Positions 17,851 through 26,296 of a stretch of 31,354 nt of DNA are shown here, piece by piece. Below the pieces are notes generated by a model that was not told where the DNA came from, searched no databases, and saw only the letters and a list, made by a program, of their open reading frames with translations. Position 1 is the first letter of the stretch, and each line of letters opens with the position of its first letter. This DNA is from Patescibacteria group bacterium UBA910 (lineage in GTDB: Bacteria > Patescibacteriota > Minisyncoccia > Phycocordibacterales > DATDWN01). A program made the position numbers and the translations under genes. The DNA is taken from NCBI GenBank assembly GCA_002294445.1, contig DBEI01000037.1, forward strand, positions 457 through 31,810. Reading direction: 5' to 3'.

Positions 17851-18687
17851 ATGTATTTTAGAATTCTCAAAAAAATTGGATTTGTTCTTTTGGTAATCTT
17901 CGCACTTATCGGCGCAGGATTTACAGGAATGTACTTTGCAGTGAAATGGGGTTGGACTAATACACGAGGAGGTATCGATAAGCAACGTGAATCTTTTCTG
18001 AATAATACCCAAACCGCAAATGTAATCGGGTCTCAACAGCAAAAATACTGGCAAACAACAGAAGAATGGAACATATTAAAAACAGCACTTATCAAAGACA
18101 AAGCTGTACTCTATCGAGCCGCATCCGCTTCTGGTGTATCCCCTCGCCTCATTGCATCTCAATTGATCGTTGAGCAACTACGTATGTTTAACTCAGACAG
18201 AGAATCATATAAAAAGTTTTTTGCTCCACTTAAAATCCTCGGTAGCCAAACTCAGTTTTCATGGGGAGTGATGGGTATTAAACGAGAGACCGCAATTATT
18301 ATTGAAAAAAATCTAAAAGACACATCTTCTCCGTATTATCTCGGTCAACAATACGAACATCTCCTCGATTTTCATACAACAGATATAGAAAATGAACGCT
18401 TTATAAAAATGACGGATCAACATGACCACTACGGAAGCTACCTCTACGCAGGACTATACCTCAGGCAGTTTATGCAACAATGGAAATCTGCAGGGTTTGA
18501 TATTTCAAAACAAGTTGATATTCTAGCCACACTCTACAATATTGGTTTTAGTGGCTCAAAACCACATGCTGATCCAAAAGCTGGTGGCGCAATGATCACT
18601 ATCGGTGAACGCACATACAGTTTCGGATCTCTCGCTCAAGAGTTTTATGATTCAAATGAATTATTGGATGAATTTCCAAGAGAGTAA
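17851..18687 (+). CDS. Membrane-anchored protein with a possible lysozyme-like/transglycosylase fold
   Basis: N-terminal TM helix; ASGVSPRLIASQLIVEQ, SWGVMGI and LATLYNIG resemble SLT-type motifs. Confidence 0.5.
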   Translation: MYFRILKKIGFVLLVIFALIGAGFTGMYFAVKWGWTNTRGGIDKQRESFLNNTQTANVIGSQQQKYWQTTEEWNILKTALIKDKAVLYRAASASGVSPRLIASQLIVEQLRMFNSDRESYKKFFAPLKILGSQTQFSWGVMGIKRETAIIIEKNLKDTSSPYYLGQQYEHLLDFHTTDIENERFIKMTDQHDHYGSYLYAGLYLRQFMQQWKSAGFDISKQVDILATLYNIGFSGSKPHADPKAGGAMITIGERTYSFGSLAQEFYDSNELLDEFPRE

Positions 18688-18711
18688 AAAAACTCCAGTA
18701 GTGGAGTTTTT
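18686..18711. terminator. Bidirectional terminator
   Basis: AAAAACTCCA-gtag-TGGAGTTTTT between the converging CDS and tRNA. Confidence 0.75.
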
Positions 18712-18721
18712 AATTTTTATG

Positions 18722-18794
18722 TGCGCGCACATGGACTCGAACCATGGACCGTTCCGGTATAAGCGGAATGCTCTACCAACTGAGCTATGCGCGC
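18722..18794 (-). tRNA. tRNA-Ile with anticodon TAT
   Basis: Acceptor GCGCGCA/TGCGCGC, discriminator A; anticodon stem TTCCG/CGGAA with loop CT-TAT-AC; T-arm CATGG-TTCGAGT-CCATG. Confidence 0.92.
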
Positions 18795-18824
18795 GTTTAA
18801 TAACAGAGTTATACTAACACATCT

Positions 18825-19487
18825 CTATTGAAAATCCATCACGGAAAGCCGTTTCATTGCCATGTGTACATACTCAGCAAGATCACGATTAAACACCCTG
18901 ATATTACACGTACCATGTCCAAACCCTCTTTTATAACTTAACCCAGCAAGAGTTGATTCTTTTATATACGGTTTTTTAAAGAGATTTTTTGGCAGATTTA
19001 ACTCTTTTGACCAAAAATTAATCTCTTTTTCAATATTCATATCTGTATATAATTGCAATGTAACATGCAAAGCTTTATTTTCTAAATTTACAATTTTAAG
19101 CCACTTAATAAAAAACCTGAGCATTGAAGGGTCTGTGTTAGACAAACCAGTAGTTGTCCTTTCTGACTTTGAACCCTCACCCCAATAGAGAAAAAGACCT
19201 GCAATAAATATTTCTCTTTCACTTAATAACCCAATATCTACAGATGCTTTATTATAAACATTATTGTGCCTATCTCTTACTTTTTGAGCTTTTGTATTTC
19301 TACATTTTTCTATGCGTCGCGGATTAAGATCCCTAAGTTTTTTAATTTGACTATCTGAAAGTGGGTAATTTTTTAACCAGCCACTTAAAGTACTCTTACT
19401 TAAACCCATTTCTTCTTTAATTTGACTATAACTCAAACCATCAAGCCTTAGTTTAATTGCTTTTTCTTTTTCTTTTATTCTTGCCAT
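18825..19487 (-). CDS. HTH plus LAGLIDADG-like domain protein, tRNA-adjacent
   Basis: N-terminal HTH (GLSYSQIKEEMGLSKSTLSGWL); IAGLFLYWGEGSK and LSNTDP resemble a LAGLIDADG-like fold; stop lies 30 nt upstream of tRNA-Ile. Confidence 0.6.
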   Translation of the reverse strand: MARIKEKEKAIKLRLDGLSYSQIKEEMGLSKSTLSGWLKNYPLSDSQIKKLRDLNPRRIEKCRNTKAQKVRDRHNNVYNKASVDIGLLSEREIFIAGLFLYWGEGSKSERTTTGLSNTDPSMLRFFIKWLKIVNLENKALHVTLQLYTDMNIEKEINFWSKELNLPKNLFKKPYIKESTLAGLSYKRGFGHGTCNIRVFNRDLAEYVHMAMKRLSVMDFQ

Positions 19488-19589
19488 AAAATAGAACCTT
19501 AGAATAGCTTAATATACTACAATTATACATCTGTCCAAACCAATAGCACAATTTAACTATGCACGACAAACTTGATATAATTTAAGCGT

Positions 19590-19853
19590 ATGAAAAATAA
19601 AAAACTTTGGTTCAGAGCTAAAAAATTTGGATGGGGTTGGACACCTACTTCTTGGCAAGGATGGGCGGTTACACTACTTTATATCACAAGCATTCTCGCT
19701 CATGCTCCATATACAGATATACGCACTTTTATACAAGTACCACGCTACTTTTTTATAAGCTTAAGCGTACCATTTGTTGTAAACACCATATTTTTACTTA
19801 TCATTTGTTATGCATATGGAGAAAAACCACACTGGCGCTGGAACGGTAAGTAA
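19590..19853 (+). CDS. Small membrane protein
   Basis: WFRAKKFGWGWTPTSWQGW plus two hydrophobic segments; TATAAT 8 nt upstream of the ATG. Confidence 0.8.
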   Translation: MKNKKLWFRAKKFGWGWTPTSWQGWAVTLLYITSILAHAPYTDIRTFIQVPRYFFISLSVPFVVNTIFLLIICYAYGEKPHWRWNGK

Positions 19854-19890
19854 TTAAAAACTGCACCATTGGTGCAGTTTTTAATTACTT
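19848..19890. terminator. Bidirectional terminator, 20-bp perfect inverted repeat
   Basis: AAGTAATTAAAAACTGCACC-att-GGTGCAGTTTTTAATTACTT between converging genes. Confidence 0.8.
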
Positions 19891-19922
19891 TCAGAAAATG
19901 AGATCGGTTAAATTTGGAAGTT

Positions 19923-21863
19923 TTATGCTTGATGCTCGATGTCTAATTTCTTCTTTGGTGTGACCCCATGAGCTTTGAGTAGAAGTTCAAACTCATCTCG
20001 TTCCATTGTTTCAACTTCTATAAGCCGTTGTGCGATAGCATCAAGAAGTTTTTTATTTTTTTCTATAGTTGTTCGAGCTTTTTCTTCCGCCTCTTTCATA
20101 ATCTTTGAAACTTCAGTATCAATTTCCGCAGAGACTTTCTCTGAAAAACCTTCACTTTCAACTCCACGTCCAAACATTACCTTACCACCTGAGCCCTCCA
20201 ATGCGATCGGACCAAGTTTTTCTGACATACCATATTTTGTCACCATGTCCCGTGCAAGTGCAGTAGATACCTGCAAATCATTTGATGGGCCAGTTGTCAG
20301 ATCATCAAACATCATTTTCTCCGTAACATAACCACCCAAAGATACTGCGATATCATCCAAAAATTCTTTCTTTGACTGAAGTTTTCGATCTTCAATAGGA
20401 AGTTTCAATACATACCCTGCCGCACGACCTCGAGAAATAATCGAGATCTTATGAACAGGATCTGCATACGAAAGAAGTGATGCGAGCACTGCATGTCCTG
20501 CTTCATGGTACGCAGTAATTTCTTTTTCTTTTTTAGAAAGAATATGACTCTTTCGTTCTGGACCAAGCATTACTTTCTCAATTGAACGAATCAAATCGTA
20601 TTGAGAAATCTTCGTACGATTTTCACGTGCAGCAAGAATAGCCCCTTCATTCATAAGTGAATACAAGTCTGCACCAGAAAATCCAGGTGTACGTTCTGCA
20701 ATCACTGTAATATTTACATCCTCTGCAAATGGTTTCTTTTTTGCATGAACATTAAGAATTGCTTCGCGATCATCTCGGTCTGGAAGATCGAGGGTAACCC
20801 GTCGGTCGAAACGTCCTGGTCGAAGGAGAGCTGGATCAAGAACATCTGGTCTGTTGGTTGCGGCCATCACAATCACCTTTTCATTTGGCTCAAACCCATC
20901 CATTTCTACAAGAATCTGGTTGAGGGTCTGCTCCCGTTCATCATTTCCTCCTCCTGCACCTACCCCTCGCACACGACCCACCGCATCGATTTCATCAACA
21001 AAAATAATTGCCGGAGAATTTTTCTTTGCCATCATAAAAAGGTCTCGCACACGTGAAGCACCTACACCCACAAACATTTCCACAAATTCAGAACCAGATA
21101 TTGAGAAAAACGCTACACCCGCTTCCCCCGCTACCGCTCGCGCAAGGAGTGTTTTTCCTGTACCCGGTGCACCCATGAGGAGTATTCCTTTTGGAATACG
21201 TGCACCAATTTCAAGAAACTTTTTAGGATTTTTTAAGAAGTCTACAATTTCAGATAATTCTTCTTTTGCTTCTTTTGCACCCGCTACATCTTTGAAGGTT
21301 ACTTTTTGTGACGGATCATTCGGATCAATCATTCGTGCTTTTGATTGCCCAAAAGTAAATGCTTGCGCACCTGCACCTTTTACTTGCCGTGTCATATACC
21401 AAATAAAAAGAAGAATGAAGATAACTGGTGCCAAAAGTGGAAGCAAATTCATAAACCAATACCCAAAACCCGTTTCATTTTTGATCTCTACTTTTACTTT
21501 TCCGAGTTCATCTGGAGTGGTACCATAGTTGGCAAGTGTATCAGTGAGCGCTGTACCCTCCTCTTTTTTTGTAAATTTCTTGTCTCCATTTACATACACC
21601 ATATCAAGAGACTCTCCTTGTACAACAATTTCAGATACCTGCCCCGCTTTTACATCAAGTGCAAGCTGTGAGAGTGGAATCTCAGTTTTAGTAACCTGAC
21701 GACCGCTAATAAAAGAGTAAAGACCTGAAAGAATAAGAAAAATGAGGAGTGTTGTTGCCACATAGTTAAACACAGACACTTCTCCTGGACCTTTTGGAGA
21801 GGTCATCTTTTTGAATGTATTTCTTTTGTCTTTGTTTTTAGGTTGTTTAGTGTTTGGATTCAT
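19923..21863 (-). CDS. ftsH: ATP-dependent zinc metalloprotease FtsH
   Basis: Two TM helices, [25 protein letters not shown] and HEAGH. Confidence 0.97.
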   Translation of the reverse strand: MNPNTKQPKNKDKRNTFKKMTSPKGPGEVSVFNYVATTLLIFLILSGLYSFISGRQVTKTEIPLSQLALDVKAGQVSEIVVQGESLDMVYVNGDKKFTKKEEGTALTDTLANYGTTPDELGKVKVEIKNETGFGYWFMNLLPLLAPVIFILLFIWYMTRQVKGAGAQAFTFGQSKARMIDPNDPSQKVTFKDVAGAKEAKEELSEIVDFLKNPKKFLEIGARIPKGILLMGAPGTGKTLLARAVAGEAGVAFFSISGSEFVEMFVGVGASRVRDLFMMAKKNSPAIIFVDEIDAVGRVRGVGAGGGNDEREQTLNQILVEMDGFEPNEKVIVMAATNRPDVLDPALLRPGRFDRRVTLDLPDRDDREAILNVHAKKKPFAEDVNITVIAERTPGFSGADLYSLMNEGAILAARENRTKISQYDLIRSIEKVMLGPERKSHILSKKEKEITAYHEAGHAVLASLLSYADPVHKISIISRGRAAGYVLKLPIEDRKLQSKKEFLDDIAVSLGGYVTEKMMFDDLTTGPSNDLQVSTALARDMVTKYGMSEKLGPIALEGSGGKVMFGRGVESEGFSEKVSAEIDTEVSKIMKEAEEKARTTIEKNKKLLDAIAQRLIEVETMERDEFELLLKAHGVTPKKKLDIEHQA

Positions 21864-21922
21864 ATGGGGGCATTATAGCGCATTTTAATGCTGAAATACA
21901 TGTTTTTTGATACTATTGAATC

Positions 21923-22366
21923 ATGAGCCTGATTGAAAACCGAAAGGTCCGTTTTAATTACGAAATCACCGAGACAATACCTGCTGGTATTGAGCTTTTT
22001 GGTTTTGAAGTAAAATCCCTTCGAAACGGCCAAGGTTCTCTTGAAGGTTCATATGTTACCGTCCGAGGCGGTGAAGCATTTGTTATAGGTATGCAGATTC
22101 CCGCATATCAAGAAAACAATACTCCTAAAGAGTATGATCCTCTTCGTAACCGTCGCCTTCTCCTTAACAAAAAAGAGATTGCTCGCCTTGGAGAGATAGA
22201 ATCCCAGAAAGGGTTGACAATAGTACCTATTTCAGTGTATAATAAAAGTAAAGTTTTAAAAGTTGATCTCGGTATTGCAACCGGTAAAAAGAAGTTTGAT
22301 AAACGAGAGACAACAAAAAAACGAGAAGTTGACCGAAACATTCGACGAGAGTTTAGTGATCGGTAA
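21923..22366 (+). CDS. smpB: SsrA-binding protein SmpB
   Basis: Motifs NRKVRFNY, AGIEL.GFEVKSLR and KKFDKRE; lies directly upstream of the tmRNA. Confidence 0.96.
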   Translation: MSLIENRKVRFNYEITETIPAGIELFGFEVKSLRNGQGSLEGSYVTVRGGEAFVIGMQIPAYQENNTPKEYDPLRNRRLLLNKKEIARLGEIESQKGLTIVPISVYNKSKVLKVDLGIATGKKKFDKRETTKKREVDRNIRREFSDR

Positions 22367-22442
22367 TATATCACTCAGCACATTGAAAAGAGAAACTTGA
22401 GTCCCGACGTGAACACAATCTGATTACATTTGTGTTTAGTTC

Positions 22443-22851
22443 GGGGGTGTCAGGTTTTGACATAGTCTGCATCCGTTCGCGCACTACAGAGTTCTAGTCA
22501 CTCTCAAAACAACTAGAAACCATACGTGTAAACAATACTGTTGCACGAGCAAAAGCTTCTGTTTCTCCATACTTTGGAGTAAACGACTTTGCTTTCTCTT
22601 ACGCACGAGCTTAATTTTAAGACTCGTCCCTAGGAGGGGGTGATACATCTGATATCTCATACGATGCCTCATTCATATAACCTTGAGATCCGGTCACTTC
22701 CCTGTTTCAGGATTTGACTCAAAAAATGAAACTCGCCTTTTTCTTGTTTTGTGTATTTTATAGAGAAAAAGTCTAAACGTTAAAATATTCTATGTAGTGT
22801 AGACCCGTTCGTATTCTCTCTATGCACGTGGTTTCGATACCACCATCTCCA
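22443..22851 (+). ncRNA. ssrA: tmRNA
   Basis: 5' GGGGGTG pairs with 3' CATCTCC (including G3-U70), discriminator A; T-arm GTGGT-TTCGAT-ACCAC; internal tag frame 22528-22614; adjacent to smpB. Confidence 0.9.
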
Positions 22852-22970
22852 CTGCTTCGCTAAAGCTACGCAGTGCAAGCACTAAATACCTTTAGCACAT
22901 CAAACTTCACTCAACACGTGAGGTTTTTTGTTAGCGAAGAAGTGGATCCTGTGTAGCCTTGGCGAAGCAG
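22852..22970. repeat. Inverted-repeat element preceding the GIY-YIG gene
   Basis: CTGCTTCGCTAAAGCTACGCAG (22852-22873) vs reverse complement of 22949-22970 (CTGCTTCGCCAAGGCTACACAG), 19/22; a partial third copy TTAGCGAAG at 22931-22939. Confidence 0.75.
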
Positions 22971-22988
22971 GATATATATAATAAATAT

Positions 22989-23228
22989 ATGCACTATGTC
23001 TATATTTTAAAGAGTCAAAAAGACAACAGCCTCTATATTGGCAGTACAGAAAATGTAAAAAATAGACTAAAGGAACATAACCGAGGCGAATCGACATATT
23101 CAAAAACTAAAAAACCATTTTCTTTAGTTTGGTTTTGTATATTTCCTAACAAACAAAAAGCTTTAGCTTTTGAAAAATATCTCAAACATGGTTCAGGACA
23201 CGCTTTTACAAAAAAGCATTTAATTTAA
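22989..23228 (+). CDS. Small stand-alone GIY-YIG nuclease
   Basis: MHYVYILKS...LYIGSTENVKNRLKEHN...ALAFEKYLK, 79 aa from the ATG at 22989. Confidence 0.9.
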   Translation: MHYVYILKSQKDNSLYIGSTENVKNRLKEHNRGESTYSKTKKPFSLVWFCIFPNKQKALAFEKYLKHGSGHAFTKKHLI

Positions 23229-23237
23229 GTCAAAGGG

Positions 23238-23250
23238 TCGATACCACCAT
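23238..23250 (+). repeat. Duplication of the tmRNA 3' end (att/TSD-like)
   Basis: TCGATACCACCAT is identical to 22834-22846 and continues into hairpin GATACCAC/GTGGTATC. Confidence 0.7.
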
Positions 23251-23294
23251 TTTTGAAAGTGGTATCAAAACAACGGAAGGTATAAAATATACAC

Positions 23295-23960
23295 ATGGAA
23301 CACCTACAAAGAAACATATTTATTACCCTGTTTGTGGCAATTGTTGGTGTGCTTGGTTTTGTATTATTTTCAAAAGCACCCGAAAAATCCAACCCTCAAC
23401 CAACACCAGAAAAAACACTTCCAACCACTTCATATTCATCTACAAATGGTATTGCTTTTACTTATCCCACAAAACTTTCACTCACTGATACAGATGAAAT
23501 GATCACACTGCATCACAAAATTCCTTATAAAAATACAGGTGGGTGTGACATGATGGGCGATGAGAAAACATACGACACACTCACTGATTTTCATGTCACA
23601 TTTCGTATCGCATCAACATCACTTATACAAACTGTTCGAAACATGAGCTCATATATTCCTAAGGAAAACTTTGAAGGTGACACGCTTAAAGTAACCCCAG
23701 GCTTCATTGATTCATTTGAAGCAGGTGAACTTCAAGGTTTTGCCATTTACGAAGGGGCTGAAGGATGTAGGTATACCACGTATTACTTCCCTATTAGAAA
23801 CAACAAAACATTGATTATTCAAAAAGAATCAATTCAGGCGCTTTCAGGAGTGAGAGGAAATGCAGAAATTGAAAAAATTCTTGCTGTTCCTGGAGCAATA
23901 TCAAAAGAAGAATCAGAGAATATATTTATAAACATACTTAATTCACTTACAATCAAATGA
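23295..23960 (+). CDS. Membrane-anchored secreted hypothetical protein
   Basis: N-terminal TM helix, YSSTNGIAFTYP and a Cys pair. Confidence 0.75.
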   Translation: MEHLQRNIFITLFVAIVGVLGFVLFSKAPEKSNPQPTPEKTLPTTSYSSTNGIAFTYPTKLSLTDTDEMITLHHKIPYKNTGGCDMMGDEKTYDTLTDFHVTFRIASTSLIQTVRNMSSYIPKENFEGDTLKVTPGFIDSFEAGELQGFAIYEGAEGCRYTTYYFPIRNNKTLIIQKESIQALSGVRGNAEIEKILAVPGAISKEESENIFINILNSLTIK

Positions 23961-24370
23961 CATACATATTTTTCCAAGCACTTATATTTATTTCTTGTAT
24001 TATCGGCTATGGCGCTGTAATCACTATCGACACTGCTGGTCTCTTTTGGATTCTCAAAAAACGCTCAATGGATTTTGTCTATAGTATGACAGGTATTACC
24101 CAACCTCTCATTTGGATAGGTTGGACAGGTATCACCTGCGGGATCCTTGGTCTACTTCTTTTTACCCCTCTTACCCCACTAATCACTTACCAACTCATCC
24201 TTCTTGGTATTCTTGGTCTAAATGGCATTTACCTGCAAACAATCAAAAAAAGGCTTAACCTGAAAAATTTAGATCAAAAACTCCCTATTTTTTCTATGTT
24301 TTTAGCTACAGTTATCTCTCAAACAAGCTGGATTACATTTCTCACACTTCAGTTCATACACACCCTCTAA
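23957..24370 (+). CDS. Integral membrane hypothetical protein
   Basis: About four hydrophobic segments; ATGA overlap with the upstream gene. Confidence 0.7.
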   Translation: MTYIFFQALIFISCIIGYGAVITIDTAGLFWILKKRSMDFVYSMTGITQPLIWIGWTGITCGILGLLLFTPLTPLITYQLILLGILGLNGIYLQTIKKRLNLKNLDQKLPIFSMFLATVISQTSWITFLTLQFIHTL

Positions 24371-24435
24371 AACTTGTATTTTTCTTTAAAAATGGTATTC
24401 TTATGCCATAATTTTAGTAATTTAAATTTGAACAT

Positions 24436-24945
24436 TTGAGCACCAACGTACGTATAAATCACCAAATTCAAGCACCAGAACTCCGAGTCCTTCTCGAAAC
24501 TGGTGAAAACCTTGGGGTCATGAGTCGAACAGACGCTTTAGACAAGGCTCGAGAGCTTGGTTTAGACCTTATTGAAATCTCACCAAAAGCCATTCCACCG
24601 GTTGCAAAAATCATGGATTATGGTAAATTTCAATACACTGAAAACAAAAAGCTAAAGGTTACAAAAGCCAAAGCTCACACTGTTGAAGTGAAGAACATTC
24701 AGGTCAAAATAGGTACCGGAGATCACGATTTGGAGCTCAAAGCTAAAAAAGCCTCAGAATGGCTAGCAGAAGGTCATCGTATCAAAGTAGACCTCTTTCT
24801 CCCAGGTAGATCAAAATACCTTGACGAGAAGTTTCTCCGAGAGCGAATGGATCGAGTACTCAAACTCATGACAGTCGAATTCAAGATTGCAGACCCTGCA
24901 AAAAAGAGTCCGAAAGGCCTCTCAATCATCATCGAGCGAGCATAA
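24436..24945 (+). CDS. infC: Translation initiation factor IF-3 (TTG start)
   Basis: Motifs RINHQI.APE, LDLIEISP, PPVAKIMDYGKF and GHRIKV. Confidence 0.95.
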   Translation: MSTNVRINHQIQAPELRVLLETGENLGVMSRTDALDKARELGLDLIEISPKAIPPVAKIMDYGKFQYTENKKLKVTKAKAHTVEVKNIQVKIGTGDHDLELKAKKASEWLAEGHRIKVDLFLPGRSKYLDEKFLRERMDRVLKLMTVEFKIADPAKKSPKGLSIIIERA

Positions 24946-24955
24946 AGACAAAACA

Positions 24956-25141
24956 ATGAAAACAAACAAATCATACACAAAACGATTGAAGGTAACCAAA
25001 AGTGGCAAGATTTTGGCACGTGCAAAAGGTCAGAACCACTTCAATGCAAAAGTATCTGGACGAGGCAACCTCGCAAAGAAAGGCTCACAGAACTTCCCTA
25101 TGAGTAACAAGGAGATTACACGATTCCTTCCAAATGCATAA
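24956..25141 (+). CDS. rpmI: 50S ribosomal protein L35
   Basis: MKTNKSYTKRLKVTKSGKI, located between infC and rplT. Confidence 0.92.
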   Translation: MKTNKSYTKRLKVTKSGKILARAKGQNHFNAKVSGRGNLAKKGSQNFPMSNKEITRFLPNA

Positions 25142-25167
25142 TATTTAATAACAAATAACGTACCAAC

Positions 25168-25512
25168 ATGACACGAGTAAAGAAAGGAGTTAACGCTCTC
25201 AAATCACGAAAAAACACCCTCCGAATGGTAAAAGGTTACCGAAACGGACGTGGTACAAAACAGCGACAAGCATATGAAGCTATTTACCATGCAGGTACAT
25301 ATGCATTTGCTCATCGACGCGACAAAAAAGGAGATGCTCGAAACCTTTGGAATGTAAAGATCTCATATGCAGCGAAAGGACTCGGAACCTCATACAGTAA
25401 ACTTATGGGTGGACTAAAGAAGAAGAATATCCTCCTTGATCGAAAGATCCTCGCAACTCTTGCAGAAGAAGCACCAAAGACTTTTGAAAAGATTGTAGAA
25501 ATGGCAAAATAA
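25168..25512 (+). CDS. rplT: 50S ribosomal protein L20
   Basis: Motifs MTRVKKG, HRRDKKGDARNLW and LDRKILATLA. Confidence 0.96.
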   Translation: MTRVKKGVNALKSRKNTLRMVKGYRNGRGTKQRQAYEAIYHAGTYAFAHRRDKKGDARNLWNVKISYAAKGLGTSYSKLMGGLKKKNILLDRKILATLAEEAPKTFEKIVEMAK

Positions 25513-25540
25513 CAAAAGACCGGCATCTGCCGGTTTTTTG
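25513..25540 (+). terminator. Rho-independent terminator
   Basis: ACCGGC-atct-GCCGGT followed by TTTTTG. Confidence 0.8.
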
Positions 25541-25662
25541 TTCTGTATGATCTCAAACAAACCACGTAAAGAGTTGGCAAATATACACACATACATTTTT
25601 GTGCAAGGTTTTATTTGTGTATAATATTATTTATATAAATGAGATTTTGAACATATCTATAC

Positions 25663-26058
25663 ATGGAAACACTTATTAGTATTATTCTTATAATTTTCTT
25701 CTCACTCTGGGCAAACAAAGACTCCTCTAAAACAGACTTAATTATTGCTCTCGATTTTATTTTCCTTGGCTATAGCATAATAGCTCTCTTCTTACCTGGA
25801 CACTCATCTCTATTAGCAATAGCTTTATTTTTATTTCACCTTTTATATATGTGGAATTTCAAAAACTCATTACATAACGCTCCGATTCAAGTCAACACAG
25901 AAAACCCTGAATTACCAGGAAAACAAAATAGCATTCAAACTAAATCTCATCTAAATAGAAACTTTATGTCTATATTTTGGGCTGTTATTCTCTTACCAAT
26001 ATCTTTTATGATAATAATTCTAACAACATTAAAACTTTATCCACCTAGATGTGAATAA
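25663..26058 (+). CDS. Hypothetical membrane protein
   Basis: AT-rich, hydrophobic 131-aa ORF with upstream TG-TATAAT. Confidence 0.6.
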   Translation: METLISIILIIFFSLWANKDSSKTDLIIALDFIFLGYSIIALFLPGHSSLLAIALFLFHLLYMWNFKNSLHNAPIQVNTENPELPGKQNSIQTKSHLNRNFMSIFWAVILLPISFMIIILTTLKLYPPRCE

Positions 26059-26296
26059 AAACATGAATACATACACACTTATTAGTAAAGTTTTTTTACC
26101 TTATTATGTACTTCCCCTATTAATCACACTGGGTATATTATCTCTACCTAAACTTTTTGGTGGTATCAATTATATTGGAGATACGGAAATGGCTGTTCGT
26201 TTATTTTTTGATATAATAGTTATAGGAGGACCAATAATACTATCTGTAATTTTTCAGTACGGATACATGAAAACCAGCAAAAAGTACGATAATTAG
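26051..26296 (+). CDS. Small hypothetical membrane protein
   Basis: Two hydrophobic segments; its stop overlaps the stop of the converging gene. Confidence 0.55.
   Translation: MNKNMNTYTLISKVFLPYYVLPLLITLGILSLPKLFGGINYIGDTEMAVRLFFDIIVIGGPIILSVIFQYGYMKTSKKYDN

Noticed and set aside
20854-21528. 224-aa plus-strand ORF, and other antisense ORFs over the ABC genes, map and recG
   Set aside because: Antisense shadows of conserved genes with no protein motifs of their own.
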